From Squalus acanthias (Eukaryota), in contig CM059433.1 of NCBI GenBank assembly GCA_030390025.1, positions 13,456,001 to 13,520,000 of the forward strand: a stretch of DNA of 64,000 nt. Reading direction: 5' to 3'. Made by a program: the position numbers and the translations under genes. The notes under the pieces were generated by a model. That model saw only the letters and a list, made by a program, of their open reading frames with translations, had not been told where the DNA came from and made no database searches. Positions 36,224 through 48,650 of the stretch are shown piece by piece; the first letter of the stretch is position 1, and every line of letters begins with the position of its first letter.

Positions 36224-37174
36224 ATGGCAGCACAGCTCGGCGCCGTGCTATGCTCCTCCTGCGCTATGTGGGAAATCGGGGACACTTCCTGTGTCCCTGA
36301 CGACCATGTGTGCAGGAAGTGTATCCAGCTGCAGCTACTGGCAGACCGCATTGCGGTGCTGGAGCTGCGAATGGATGCATACTGGAGCATTCGCAATGCT
36401 GAGGACCTCGTGGATAGCACGTTTAACCAGTTGGTCACACCGCAGGTAAAGGCTGCACAGGCAGAAAGAGAATGGGTGACCACCAGGCAGAGTAGTAGGC
36501 GCAGGCAGGTAGTGCAGGAGTCCCCTGTGGACATCCCCCTCTCAAACAGATATACCACTTTGGATACTGTTGAGGGGGATGGCTTATCGGGGGAAGGCAG
36601 CAGCAGCCAACTTCCTGGCACCAGGGGTGGTTCTGCTGCACAGGACGGGAGGAAAAAGAGGGGTAGAGCTATAGTGATAGGGGATTCTATTGTAAGGGGA
36701 ATAGATAGGCGTTTCTGCGGCAGCAAACGAGACTCCAGGATGGTGTGTTGCCTCCCTGGTGCAAGGGTCAAGGATGTCTCAGAGCGGCTGCAAAACATTT
36801 TGGAGGGGGAGGGTGAACAGCCAGTTGTCGTGGTGCATATAGGTACCAACGATATAGGTAAAAACCGGGATGAGGTCCTAAAAGCTGAATATAGGGAGTT
36901 AGGAGATGAATTAAAAAATAGGACCTCAAAGGTAGTAATCTCAGGATTGCTACCAGTGCCATGTGCTAGTCAGAGTAGAAATAGAAGGATATTTCAGATG
37001 AATACGTGGCTAGAGGAATGGTGCAAGGGGGAGGGATTCAAATTCCTGGGACATTGGAACCGGTTCTGGGGGAGGTGGGACCAGTACAAATTGGACGGTT
37101 TGCACCTGGGCAGGTCCGGGACCGATGTCCTTGGGGGAGTGTTTGCTAGTGCTGTTGGGGAGGGTTTAAACTAA
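36224..37174 (+). CDS. CR1 ORF1p: zinc finger / coiled-coil + SGNH esterase (316 aa, intact)
   Basis: CSSC...CRKC, heptad LQLLADRIAVLE, esterase blocks IGDS, HIGTND, DGLH. Confidence 0.93.
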   Translation: MAAQLGAVLCSSCAMWEIGDTSCVPDDHVCRKCIQLQLLADRIAVLELRMDAYWSIRNAEDLVDSTFNQLVTPQVKAAQAEREWVTTRQSSRRRQVVQESPVDIPLSNRYTTLDTVEGDGLSGEGSSSQLPGTRGGSAAQDGRKKRGRAIVIGDSIVRGIDRRFCGSKRDSRMVCCLPGARVKDVSERLQNILEGEGEQPVVVVHIGTNDIGKNRDEVLKAEYRELGDELKNRTSKVVISGLLPVPCASQSRNRRIFQMNTWLEEWCKGEGFKFLGHWNRFWGRWDQYKLDGLHLGRSGTDVLGGVFASAVGEGLN

Positions 37175-37296
37175 AATGGCAGGGGGTTGGGAACCTGAGC
37201 AGGGAGACAGAGGAAAGGGAAACAAGAATAGAAGCAAAAGTCAGGAAGGAAAAAAACAAAGCTGTCAGTCAGAGAAATCAAGGGTTTAAATCAAAC

Positions 37297-40158
37297 ATGG
37301 CCACAGTAAAAAAAAATTCTAAAAGGTCTAAGAGCGTTAAAAAAACAAGCCTGAAGGCTTTGTGTCTTAATGCGAGGAGCATTCGTAATAAGGTGGATGA
37401 ATTAGCTGCGCAAATAGAGGTAAACAAATATGATATGATTGGGATTACGGAAACATGGCTCCAGGGTGACCAAGGCTGGGAACTCAACATACAGGGGTAT
37501 TCAATATTCAGGAAAGATAGGCAAAAAGGAAAAGGAGGTGGGGTAGCATTGCTGGTTAAAGAGGGGATTAACACAATTGTAAGGAAGGATATTAGCTCTG
37601 ATGATGTGGAATCTGTATGGGTAGAACTGAGAAATACCAAGGGGCTGAAAACGCTAGTGGGAGTGGTGTATAGACCCCCAAACAGTAATACGGAGGTTGG
37701 GGATGGCATTAAAAGGGAAATTAGAGAAGCGTGCAATAAGAGCACAGCAGTTATCATGGGCGACTTTAATCTACATATAGATTGGGCTAACCAAATTAGT
37801 AACAATACTGTGGAGGAGGAATTCCTGGAGTGTATACGGGATGGTTTCCTGGACCAATATGTCGAGGAACCAACTAGAGATCAGGCCATCTTAGAGTGGG
37901 TATTATGTAATGAGAAAGGATTAATTAGCAATCTTGTTGTGCGAGGCCCCTTGGGTCGGAGCGATCATAATATGATCGAATTCTTCATTAAGATGGAGAG
38001 TGAAGTAGTTGACTCAGAGACTAGGGTCCTGAATTTAAATAAAGGAAACTACGATGGTATGAGGCGCGAGTTGGGTAGGATTGATTGGGGAATGTCACTC
38101 AAAGGGTTGATGGTGGAGAGGCAATGGCAAGCATTCAAAGATCGCATGAATGAACTACAGAATTTGTTCATCCCAGTTTGGCATAAAAATAAAACAAAAA
38201 AGGTGACTCAACCGTGGCTAACAAAGGAAATTAGGGATAACATAAGATCCAAGGAAAGGACATATAAATTGGCCAGAAAAAGCAGAAAACCTGAGGATTG
38301 GGAGCAGTATAGGATTCAGCAAAGAAGGACAAAGGGATTAATTAAGAGGGGGAAAATAGAGTATGAGAGTAAGCTTGCGAAGAACATAAAAACTGACTGT
38401 AAAAGTTTTTATAGATATGTGAAGAGAAAAAGATTGGTGAAGTCAAGCGTAGATCCCTTGCAGTCAGAATCAGGGGAATTTATAATGGGGAACAAAGAAA
38501 TGGCAACCCAATTAAATACATACTTTGGTTCTGTCTTCACAAAGGAGGACACAAATAACCTCCCAGAGATGTCGGGGAACATAGGGTCTAATGAGAAGGA
38601 GGAACTGAAAGAAATCAGTATTTGTAGGGAAATAGTGTTAGGGAAATTGACGGGATTGAAGGCCGATAAATCCCCAGGGCCTGATAATCTACATCCTAGG
38701 GTACTTAAGGAAGTGGCCCTAGAAATAGTAGATGCATTGCTGGTCATCTTCCAAAATTCTATAGACTCTGGAACAGTACCCATGGATTGGAGGGTAGCTA
38801 ATGTTACCCCACTATTCAAAAAAGGTGGTAGAGAAAAAATGGGGAATTATAGACCAGTAAGCCTGACATCGATAGTGGGGAAAATGCTAGAGTCCATTAT
38901 AAAAGATGTAATAGCAGAGCACTTGGAAAACAGTGACAGGATCGGACAAAGTCAACATGGATTTACAAAAGGCAAATCGTGCTTGACTAATCTACTGGAA
39001 TTTTTTGAGGATGTAACTGGTAAAATGGATAAGGGAGAACCAGTGGATGTGGTGTATTTGGACTTTCAGAAGGCTTTCGATAAGGTCCCGCATAAGAGAT
39101 TAGCGTGTAAAGTTAAGGCACATGGGATTGGGGGCAAGGTATTGACTTGGATAGAGAACTGGTTGGCAGACAGAAAGCAAAGAGTTGGAATAAATGGGTC
39201 TTTTTCCGAGTGGCAGGCGGTGACTAGTGGGGTACCGCAGGGATCGGTCCTAGGACCCCAGCTATTCACAATATATATTAATGATCTGGACAATGGAATT
39301 GGATGTAATATCTCCAAGTTTGCAGACGACACAAAGCTGGGTGGGAGTGTGTGCCGGGAGGAGGATGCCGAGAAACTCCAGTATGATTTGGACAGGTTGG
39401 GGGATTGGGCAGAAGCATGGCAGATGCAATATAATGTGGATAAATGCGAGGTTATCCACTTTGGTGTCAAAAACAGGAAGGCAGATTATTATCTGAATGG
39501 CAATAGATTGGGAGAAGGGGAAGTGCAATGAGACCTGGGTGTCCTTGTGCACCAATCGCTGAAGGTAAGCATGCAGGTGCAGCAGGCGGTTAAGAAGGCA
39601 AATGGTATGTTGGCCTTCGTAGCGAAAGGGTTCGAGTACAGGAACAAGGATGTCTTGCTGCAGTTGTACAGTGCCTTGGTGAGACCACATCTTGAGTATT
39701 GTGTGCAGTTTTGGTCGCCTTATCTGAGGAAGGATGTTCTTGCCATGGAGGGAGTGCAGCGAAGATTCACCAGGCTGATACCCGGGATGGCAGGAATGGC
39801 GTATGAGGAGAGATTGGGTCGATTGGGCTTATACTCACTGGAGTTTAGAAGAATGAGAGGGGATCTCATTGAAACTTATAAAATTCTAACAGGACTAGAC
39901 AGACTAGATGCGGGAAGGATGTTCCCGATGGCCGGGGAGTCCAGAACCAGGGGTCACAGTCTAAGGATAAGGGGTAAGCCATTTAGGACTGAGATGAGGA
40001 GGAATTTCTTCACCCAGAGAATGGTGAACCTGTGGAATTCTCTACCACAGAAGGCAGTAGAGGCCAATTCATTAAATATATTCAAGAAGGAGTTAGATAT
40101 ATTTCTTAAAACTAAAGGGATCAAGGGATATGGAGAGAAGGTAGGGACAGGGTACTGA
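37297..40158 (+). pseudogene. CR1 ORF2p (APE endonuclease + RT) with one in-frame TGA at 39529-39531
   Basis: LNARS, ITETW, YRPP, GDFN, SDH; NYRPVSLTS, GVPQGS, FADD; ORFs 37297-39531 and 39547-40158 are in the same frame. Confidence 0.95.
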
Positions 40159-40247
40159 ATTTGGATGATCAGTCATGATCTCATTGAATGGCGGAGCAGG
40201 CTCGAGGGGCTGAATGGCCTACTCCTGCTCCTATCTTCTATGTCTAT

Positions 40248-40510
40248 GTGGATGTAAAAGACCCCCATGGCACTATTTCGAAGAAGAGTAGGGGTTTGTG
40301 TCCTGGGGCCAATATTTATCCCTCAACCAACATAACGAAAACAGATGATCTGGTCATTATCACATTGCTGTTTGTGGGAGCTTGCTGTGTGCAAATTGGC
40401 TGCCACATTTCCCATATTGCAACAGTGACTCTACTTCATTGGCTGAAAAGCGCTTTGAGACGTCCAGTGGTCGTGAAAGGTGCTACATAAATGTGAATCT
40501 TTCTTTTCTT
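40248..40510 (+). mobile_element. 3' part of the same Deu-domain SINE
   Basis: GTGGATGTAAAAG...CAATATTTATCCCTCAACC...L2-type tail; continues 35852-36032. Confidence 0.92.
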
Positions 40511-40967
40511 ACTATTATACTTGATTCTCAGTTCTTCTGACACTAGGTGGTGCTGCTGCACCTCCAAACTCCTGTCCCAACTCAATCCACAGCGAGCTGC
40601 TCTGTAAGCTATGTTCTAATCTATTCATTTAATTTTTTTTTGAACCCTCATTTATTCAATTAATTAATCTGCAACAAGCTGACTATCACTCTCCTCAAAA
40701 CCTGATTTAATTTAGTTCATTCTGCAGATGCCTGCCTGGCTGCTGAACGTCGATTATATTGAATTAGTTTATTTGGAGCACGCTTGCCGACTCTTGAGCT
40801 GCAGTCCCACGTCTCCAGCTCCCTCTGCCCAGTCCTTTCAGCACTTCCCACTGACTGCACCTTCCTGCTTGGGCCTCAGCCCTTTGGTCTTGCACCTCCT
40901 GCCACCTGCCCGTTGACCCCTGACCTCTGCACCTCCCTGACTTTTCAGTCACCATTCCCATCCTCCT

Positions 40968-41962
40968 GTCTTGGGCCTCAGCTATTCACAATCTATATCC
41001 ATGATTTGGATGAGGGGACCAAATGACATATATCCAAGTTTGATGATGATACAAAGCTGGGTGGGAATGCAAGTTGTGAGGAGGATGCAAAAAGGCTGCA
41101 AGGGGATGTAGACGGGTTAAGCGAGTGGGCAAGAACATGGCAAATGGAATACAATGTGGAGAAATGTGAAGTTATCCACTTTGGTAGGAAAAATAGAAAA
41201 GCAGAGTATTTTTTAAATGGTGAGAGATTGGGAAATGTTGGTGTTCAGAGGGACCTGGGTGTCCTTGTACACGAATCGCTGAAAGTTAACGTGCAGGTAC
41301 AGCAAGCAATTAGGAAAGCAAATGGTATGTTGGCCTTTATTACAAAAGGAATTGAGTATAAGAGTAAAGACGTCTTACTGCAATTATATAGGGCCTTGGT
41401 GAGACCACACCTGGAGTACTGTGTACAGTTTTGGTCTCCTTACCTAAGGAAGGATATACTTGCCATAGAGGGAGTGTAATGAAGGTTCACCAGACTGATT
41501 CCTGGGATGGGGGGATTGTCCAATGAGGAGAGATTGAGTACACTAGGCCTACATTCTCTAGTGTTTAGATGAATGAGAGGTGAAACATACAAAATTCTTA
41601 CAGGGCTTGACAGGGTAGATGCAGGGGCGATGTTTCCCCTGGCTGGTGAGTCTAGAACTAGGGGTCACAGTCTCAGAATAAGGGGTCGGCTATTTAGGAC
41701 TGAGATGAGGAGAAATTTCTTCACTCAGAGGGTGGTGAATCTTTGGAATTCTCTACCCCAGAGGGCTGTGGAGGCTCAGTCGTTGAGTATATTCAAGGCA
41801 GAGATCGATAGATTTTTGGATATTAAGGGAATCAAGGGATATGGGGATAGTGCAGGAAAGTGGAGTTGAGGTAGAAGATCAGCCATGATCTTATTGAATG
41901 GCGGAGCAGGCTCAAGGGGCCGAATGGCCGACTCCTGCTCCTATTTCTTATGTTCTTATGTC
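40968..41962 (+). pseudogene. 5'-truncated CR1 ORF2 with several stops
   Basis: LGPQLFTIYI, KCEVIHFG, LEYCVQFW motifs; TTCTTATG tail. Confidence 0.95.
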
Positions 41963-42672
41963 TCCAGCTTCCTTTTTTTTCTGGTTTCCCAGCACTATAC
42001 TGGGAAAAAGCAATTTGTTTCTTAAAGTCCTTATTGCGCTCTAAGTAAAACAAAGTGGCATGTTCAACTTACATTGCTATAAGTACAGGCATAAAAAAAG
42101 CCAGTTTCCTAGTTTGGTGTTGCAAAATGGGAGAGTGGGGGATAGAGCTGTAGGGGTTGAGCATCAGCCTGGTGGCGGTAGTGGTGAGGGTGGAGTTTAG
42201 CATCTTACACCAGGTGTACCAAAGTGCAGCCCAATAAAGACAGGTTTGAGAATATGCAACGGTTAACAATTTCGGTTCCTGCCAACAGATAGCTTGGGTT
42301 TAGATGTTACCTCCATGGGTGCAATCAGGAAACTGTGCACTAATCGCGTCCAAAATTCTGCTGGCCTTGCCGAGTTGAAATTGCGCCCAAGTTTCAGCGC
42401 AAACAAAGAAACATAAGCCCGAACGTAAAATCTCCCATGAGTCAACGCAATCAATGAGCGTAATCAATTCATGACTGGACCAGGGCCCATGGGGCCTGAA
42501 GGCGCTGGGATGGGGTAGTATAAAAGATGAGGTAAAGAATTTCCCTTCAGAGTGAGTCTGGGCACGGCAAGATCGGCTTCATTTATCTCACTGTCCTGCA
42601 AACTTCTCCAGTAATTCATTTGAAACCACTTCCGACTCTCTACCTAGTAATTTAACTTTTCCCTTCCTGCAG

Positions 42673-42916
42673 ATGACTGAAAGTGAGAAGAAGGCTGCGT
42701 GCAAGAGGGCCTTCAATTTTGCAGAGGAGGCTTCCTGGATGAGGTAGAGGCAATGCAGGGGAAGGTTAATCACCTCATCAGTGGGTGCAGCCCCAACGGG
42801 TGGTAAGTAGCTGTGTGTGGGCTGAGGTAGCCGAGTCACTCTGTGCCTCATCTACAGTCCCCAGAACGGCAGACCAGTGCCGTAAGAAGGTTAATGACCT
42901 GACAAAGTCAGGGAAG
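42673..42916 (+). pseudogene. Harbinger Myb/SANT-like gene, first coding exon (disrupted)
   Basis: Acceptor TTCCTGCAG|ATG, motif RTADQCRKKVNDL, donor AAG|GTAAGC; TATAAAA at ~42519; internal stops. Confidence 0.8.
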
Positions 42917-43404
42917 GTAAGCAATTCACATTTCCAATACTTTCTGCCACACCCACTCTAGTCATCAGACTCAGGCAAACCAATCGGAGCAGAGACCTGT
43001 CGGAGAGGCCTCCCGATTGATGTAGAGAAATACCTCCTGCAATTGCTTGTGACACTCGATAATCTTTTCCATTATGAGCTGATGAGTGGTGGGGAGATCC
43101 CAAATCTCTGTTCATTAAACCCCGCCCCCCACCCCAGGTCCCCATGACTATGAGCAGAAGGGGTGGAGCTGCCAGGGATCTGCACCATCGTGGCCGTGGT
43201 GGGCAGGGAGCGTCCACAACCCCCCCCCCCCCCCCCGAGCACCTACCCGCAGAGTTATTTATCGATGCTTCCATACAGGGCAGAGGCGCGGGATTGCCAC
43301 CTACCCGTGCAAGGGAAATATTCTAACCAGCTGCTTTTCTCCTCACAGGTCCCAAGAGAAGAGTGAGGGCTGCTGCCTTGTAGGAGTTGAAGGGGGATGC
43401 CTCA

Positions 43405-44609
43405 ACAACAACAACAACAACTTGTATTTATATAGCGCCTTTAATATAGTAAAACGTCCCAAGGCGCTTCACAGGTGTATTATAAGGCAAAAAATTTGAC
43501 ACTGAGCCACATAAGGAGAAATTAGGGCAGGTGACCAAAAGTTTGGTCAAAGAGCTAAGTTTTAAGGAACGTCTTAAAGGAGGAAAGAGAGGTAGCGAGG
43601 CGGAGAGGTTTAGGCAGGGATTTCCAGAGCTCAGGGCCCAGGCAACAGAAGGCACGGCCACCAAAGGTTGAGCGATTATAATCAGGGATGCTCAAGAGGG
43701 CAGAATTGGAGGAGCGCAGATATCTCGAGGCATTGTGGGGCTGCAGGAGATTACAGAGACAGGGAGGGGCGAGGCCATGGAGGGATTTGAAAACAAGGAT
43801 GAGAATTTTGAAATCGAGGCATTGCTTAACCGGAAGCCAATGTAGGTCAGCGAGCACAGGGGTGATGGGCAAACGGGACTTGGTGCGAGTTAGGACACGG
43901 GCAGCCGAGTTTTGGATGACCTCAAGTTTACGTAGGGTAGAATGTGGGAGGTCAGCCAGGAGTGCGTTGAATAGTCAAGTCTAGAGGTAACAAAGGCATG
44001 GATGGGGGTTTCAGCAGCGGATGAGCTGAGGCAAGGGCGGAGACGGGTGATGTAACAGAGGTGGAAGTGGGCGGTCTTAGTTATGCCGTGGATATGTGGT
44101 TGGAAGCTCATTTCAGGGTCAAATATGACACCCACGTTGCAAACAAACAGTGTGGTTCAGCCGCAGACAGATGTTAGGGAGAGGGTTGGAGTCAGTGGCT
44201 AGGGAACGGAGTTTGTGGCGGGGACCAAAAATAATGACTTCGGTCTTCCCAATATTTAATTGGAGAAAATTTCTGCTCATCCAGACAAGCAGTCTGACAA
44301 TTTAGAGACCGTGGAGGGGGTCGAGAGAAGAGGTAGTGAGATAGAGTTGGGTGTCGTTAGCGTACATGTGGAAACTGACGCTGTGTTTTCGGATGATGTC
44401 GCCAAGAGGTAGCATGTAGATGAGAAATAGGAGGGGGTCAAGGATAGATCTTTGGGGGACACCAGCGGTAACGATGCGGGAGCGGGAAGAGAAGCCGTTG
44501 CAGGTAATTCTCTGGCTACGATTAGATAGATAAGAATGGAACCAGGCGAGTGCAGTCCCACCCAGCTGAACGACGCTGGAGAGGCGTTGGAGAAGGATGG
44601 AGTGGTTAA
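43405..44609 (-). mobile_element. L2 (RT C-half + tail) inserted in the Harbinger
   Basis: GVPQ.S, HMYANDTQLY, LHWLPV motifs; (CAA)n tail; CCTCA duplicated at 43400-43404 and 44610-44614. Confidence 0.95.
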
Positions 44610-45554
44610 CCTCAGAGGAGGTGAGGAGGAGGAGGCAAGTGCAGGTGGAAGGTGAGGCAGAGCAGCAGACTCACAGGCATCTGATTCCAGCAGTATTGTG
44701 GCCGGAAGGTGGGGAGATTTGGAGGAGGTGGAGGATGTATCTGCGCCTCTGATGAGATCCGCCAGAAGGTGGACACAGGGCGGTAAATCAGATGGTGGAG
44801 CATCAAAGGCGACTGAAGGCCCTGGGCTCCATTGATGAGAACAAGGCCAACCTTACCGGCCGGGCCTCAGAGTCTGTTGTAAAGATCAGCAGCGGCATAT
44901 CCGGCAAGTCCCTGCAAGGGGCGATGAAGTACAAGTCAGGGCCCCCAACTTAATGGACGCTCAGGCTTCTGTTCTTCGAGATTTGGGAGGGCCTCAATGA
45001 CTCGCGGTTTCCAGTGTCTCAATGAAGCCTTGCAGGATCGGGCAGCTGCCATTGCTCCACCCACAAGGGCGGCGGGTGAGTCCGCAAATGAATTCCCCAT
45101 TGGTGGGTCGGCTTGTGTGGCCCGCGTGGCTGACGCTTCCACCTCCGTGGGTGGCCGCACCAGCCTGGACTCCAGCCTTACAGCAGTGGGCACCTCGCCA
45201 GCTGCACACAGCAGGCCGCACGAGGCTGCAGCATCCCCGCTCCAGGAGCAGGGGGGGCCGGGAGAGTCGACAAGGCCGACAGGCCCAGGGCTCATCAGAC
45301 CAGCATCCATCAACCACAACGCAGGCCGGCGCGCCATCCACGTCGACTGGTAGGCAGGAGGCCAGCTGGTAGAAGAGCTCGTCTGGGCAACGGGGTCGAA
45401 GCGAGGTGCCTTGTGAGAGTCTGGGGTATTTAATTCCTGTCTCTACCACCTCCACTTTCCCCCCACCTTGTCTTTCAATGAGGCTGGGGCAAGTTGCCAG
45501 GCTGGAAGACATTTTGTTCGAGTTTAATGCAGCTTTTTCACCACTCTTGAATTT

Positions 45555-45700
45555 GCGAGATGTTTGCAGCAATTCACACAGTCGGCTGATAGTGCCTTTA
45601 GTGAATCGTAGGCGGTGCACTGCCAGCACCTCAGACATCTCCTCATAAATAATTCGAGCCCTATACACTCGGTGGGCAGGGTATCTGTCGGTGGGGTGTA
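45555..45700 (-). pseudogene. HARBI1-like transposase N-terminal fragment
   Basis: RYPAHRVYRARIIYEEMSE...RLRFTKGTISRLCELL resembles the HARBI1-type N-terminal helix region; DDE core absent. Confidence 0.72.
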
Positions 45701-46443
45701 GTCTTTTCCTGTGCTGCTTAATTTTTTGGGTCCCAAGTCTCTAGATCTTGCGTTTCCAGAACTCTCTCTGCTCCTCCTCCTCCTCCTCCTCCTCTCCTTC
45801 TCCTCCTCCTCCAGCATTAGAAAGAGCAGTGGCACAGCCAGAAAACGAGCCATCCTTCAGGTTTTTTCTCAAGGTGGGTGATTTCTGCAGCAGCCTGGCA
45901 GGCTCGGGGCTTCATTTCGCTGCTGGTCAGCTGATTTACGCTGGGTTCACATGACCATCTGTGCCTGCACACCTGACAATCTGTGCGCAATGTAATGAAC
46001 CCCCCCCTCTCCCCGCCCCCAACCCTGGTCCCCCCCCCCACCCCGAGCAGGCTCATTTGGAGGCGGTATTTCAGTGTGGAGGCGTAGCCAGTTTTTTGGG
46101 GCAGGGTTCAATGGACGCACTTAAAAGATGGCGGATACCTGGGCATATTGTAGCTATGAGAGTAACTCATTGACGACCATATTTCTGTGATCTTTTAAGG
46201 TGCTTAAGTTGTTTGCACCCAGATTCAGTCAATCGAAATAAAAATTGGGAGAGATATAAAACGGGCTGCCGATTCGCTATCACACGTTTTACACTAACGC
46301 ACAAAGTCAAACTGACCCCTCTGAGTGAGATTGCCACTGGGGCCAATCAGTGGGATTCTTTGCGCTGTGGACTGCTGTCATTAGGACTTGGGTTACTGGA
46401 TTGCGTGGCTATTTCTACCTGCACACGCGTGTGTGTGTTTGTA

Positions 46444-46722
46444 TCTTCTTCTTCTTAGGCAGTCCCTCGGAACCAAGGATGACTTGCTTCCACACTAAAA
46501 ATGAGTTCTCGGGTGACTGATGAGTCCAATGCGGGACCTACAGTCTCTGTCACAGGTGGAGCAGACGGTGGTTGAAGGGGCGGGTGGGTGGGGTGCTTGG
46601 GTTGACGTGCGCTCCTTCCGCTGTTTGCGCTTGGCTTCTGCTTGCTCCCGGCGAAGAGACTTGAGGTGTTCGGCGCCTTCCCGGATGCTTCTCCTCCACT
46701 TTGTGCAGTCTTGGGCCAGGTG
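46444..46722 (-). mobile_element. RTE-clade LINE 3' end
   Basis: C-terminal CSTCDRDCRSRIGLISHPRTH zinc finger; (AAG)n tail. Confidence 0.88.
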
Positions 46723-47487
46723 TTTGTATGTATGTGTGTGAACAGATGTGCGTGTATATGTGACAGACGGTCTTTCACCTTGTCTGTCTGGCTTGGGTGG
46801 TCTAGAATTTGAACACAATTCAGATAATTTTAAACCTAAATGAATAAAATTAAATTAGCACACCACTTACATTAGAGAGATGGAATGTGTTAGAAAGAGC
46901 CAAGTAGCAAGCACAATCAGAAACTGAACAGAGCCGGATTATCTTCAAAGCATTTTTCTTGCAAAGCATATTTTTGAATAAATTTAATCAAAATTACATG
47001 CACTGAACAGGCTTATGTTATTCTGCTGTGAATCGGTATTAGATCACTCGCCTGTAATATAAACACTTCAGATTACGAAATGAAATATTTCAGGAAATGG
47101 GTGGCATGCAGAAGGGGCCTAACCCTGAGTGCTTCTGATTGCATCTTGAGAAGGACTATGGGAAAGGATAATTGATAATGTCTCATTGGTTATAGTGAAT
47201 ATGAAATGAAGAATTATGTTAATCGCTGCTGTGATGAAAAATAAACTATTCCCTAGACGTGACTATTGATAAAAATACATTTCACCGTCAAATCAAAAAT
47301 ACACCACTTTCAGCCAAGTGTGCAATCCTGTGTGGCATATTGTAGGAAGGATCCTGTCCTGTAAAGGAGCTCAGCAAAGCCTCACTGCAATCGGTTGTAG
47401 ATTCACATTCACTGCTTGGATTATGTGGGCTCCTATTTTCTGTGTACCTGTGTTCCATGAAGACATTTAATGAGACAGGTTGGGAGA

Positions 47488-47790
47488 GCAGTGGGAGTGA
47501 GAGTGGGATTGGGAGCGGGAATTAGATTAGGAGAAAGATTGGGATTGGTAGTGAGATTGGGAGTTGGATTGGGAGTGAGATTGGGATTGGGAATGAAATT
47601 GGGATTGGGAATGAATTTGGGATTGGGAATGAGAATGAGAATGGGAATGTGTTTGACAGTGGGATTCGGAGTGAGATTGGGATTGGGAATGAAATTGGGA
47701 TTGGGATTGGGAGTAGGATTGGGAATGGGAATGGGATTGGGAATGAGATTGGGATTGGGAATGAGAGTGAGGTTGGAAGTGGGATTGGGA
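47488..47790. repeat. Degenerate (GGGATT/GGGAAT/GAGATT)n hexamer microsatellite
   Basis: Direct reading; about 50 hexamer units. Confidence 0.95.
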
Positions 47791-48394
47791 GAGTAAATGT
47801 GAGCTGCGCTGAGGCAGCCGTGGGAATCGGGTTAGTCACATTGCTTCCTTTTGATGACAAATGTTAACAAAAAAATAGACATAAAATGTCTCTTAAAAGA
47901 AGTCTGTCAATGTTGCTGAGAAAAGTTTCACAATAACCGAAAAAAATCGCCTCATCCCACTATCAGGCTACTTCCATTGAATGGAAAGGAAAATGGGGCA
48001 GGGCGTATAACGGGCAGCCGATTGGCTACCGCCAGTTATATGGCTCCCCCAAAAATGAATGTCATGCTTTGTTACCATACATGTTACCATCATTTATTTG
48101 AGCCAGGGTATGATTCACTTAGACTGAAATTAAAACCAAATAATTGACTGTTCATTGTTCGCTAACCCTGTGAGAATTAATCATCTTCATCCTACCTCCG
48201 CAAAACAATATCCTTTGGAAATACCCATTAAAGTGTATTTTTTTTCAGTGTTTAAACCATTCAGTTAAGAAACATTTTTTTCCAAATTATAGATATAGAT
48301 ATGGATATAAATATGGTGGAACTCTTTATTAGTCATTGCCAGAACCTAAGCCAATGGAAAGAGATGGGTTTAAAAAGTATGTGGAAGAATTCCT

Positions 48395-48650
48395 CCGATG
48401 GCTCACCTGGTTAAGAAGACCAGGAAGGTCCCAAGGTACAAAGTCCAGCCTGTGTTGAGTTAGCTGATTTGAGCTGGCCTCAGTGATCCTGAATTAGGGA
48501 AGGGAGAATTGCCCAGGCCTACACCTGGTCACGAGCCAATGATTCCTTCTGGGCGTACACGTACGTGGATGTGAAGCGAGGACAGGATTGGGCTCAGCTG
48601 TGTCACTTACCAATACTGTGTCAAGTGTGAAGAATGGCTGTTTGGGTCAA
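48395..48650 (+). mobile_element. Degraded tRNA-derived SINE (unnamed family)
   Basis: TGGCTCACCTGG, CCAGGAAGGTCCC, GAGTTAGCTGAT, GAGGACAGGATTGGGCTC motifs shared with 23700 and 49355. Confidence 0.6.

Larger units (their letters stand above)
36031..40247 (+). mobile_element. Near full-length CR1 LINE
   Basis: Partial 5' UTR, ORF1, ORF2, 3' UTR and TTCTATGTCTAT tail; splits the SINE at CTCAG|GTGG. Confidence 0.97.
42296..46222. mobile_element. Decayed two-gene PIF/Harbinger transposon (boundaries approximate)
   Basis: Convergent Myb/SANT remnant (+) and HARBI1-like N-terminus (-); subterminal TGGGTGCAA (~42315) / TTGCACCCA (~46213). Confidence 0.75.

Noticed and set aside
36202..36849. 215-aa antisense ORF and other CR1 antisense ORFs
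   Set aside because: Shadow frames of CR1 coding sequence.
47470..47867. Gly/Leu- or Pro/Ile-repeat protein ORFs
   Set aside because: Artefact of the stop-free hexamer microsatellite.
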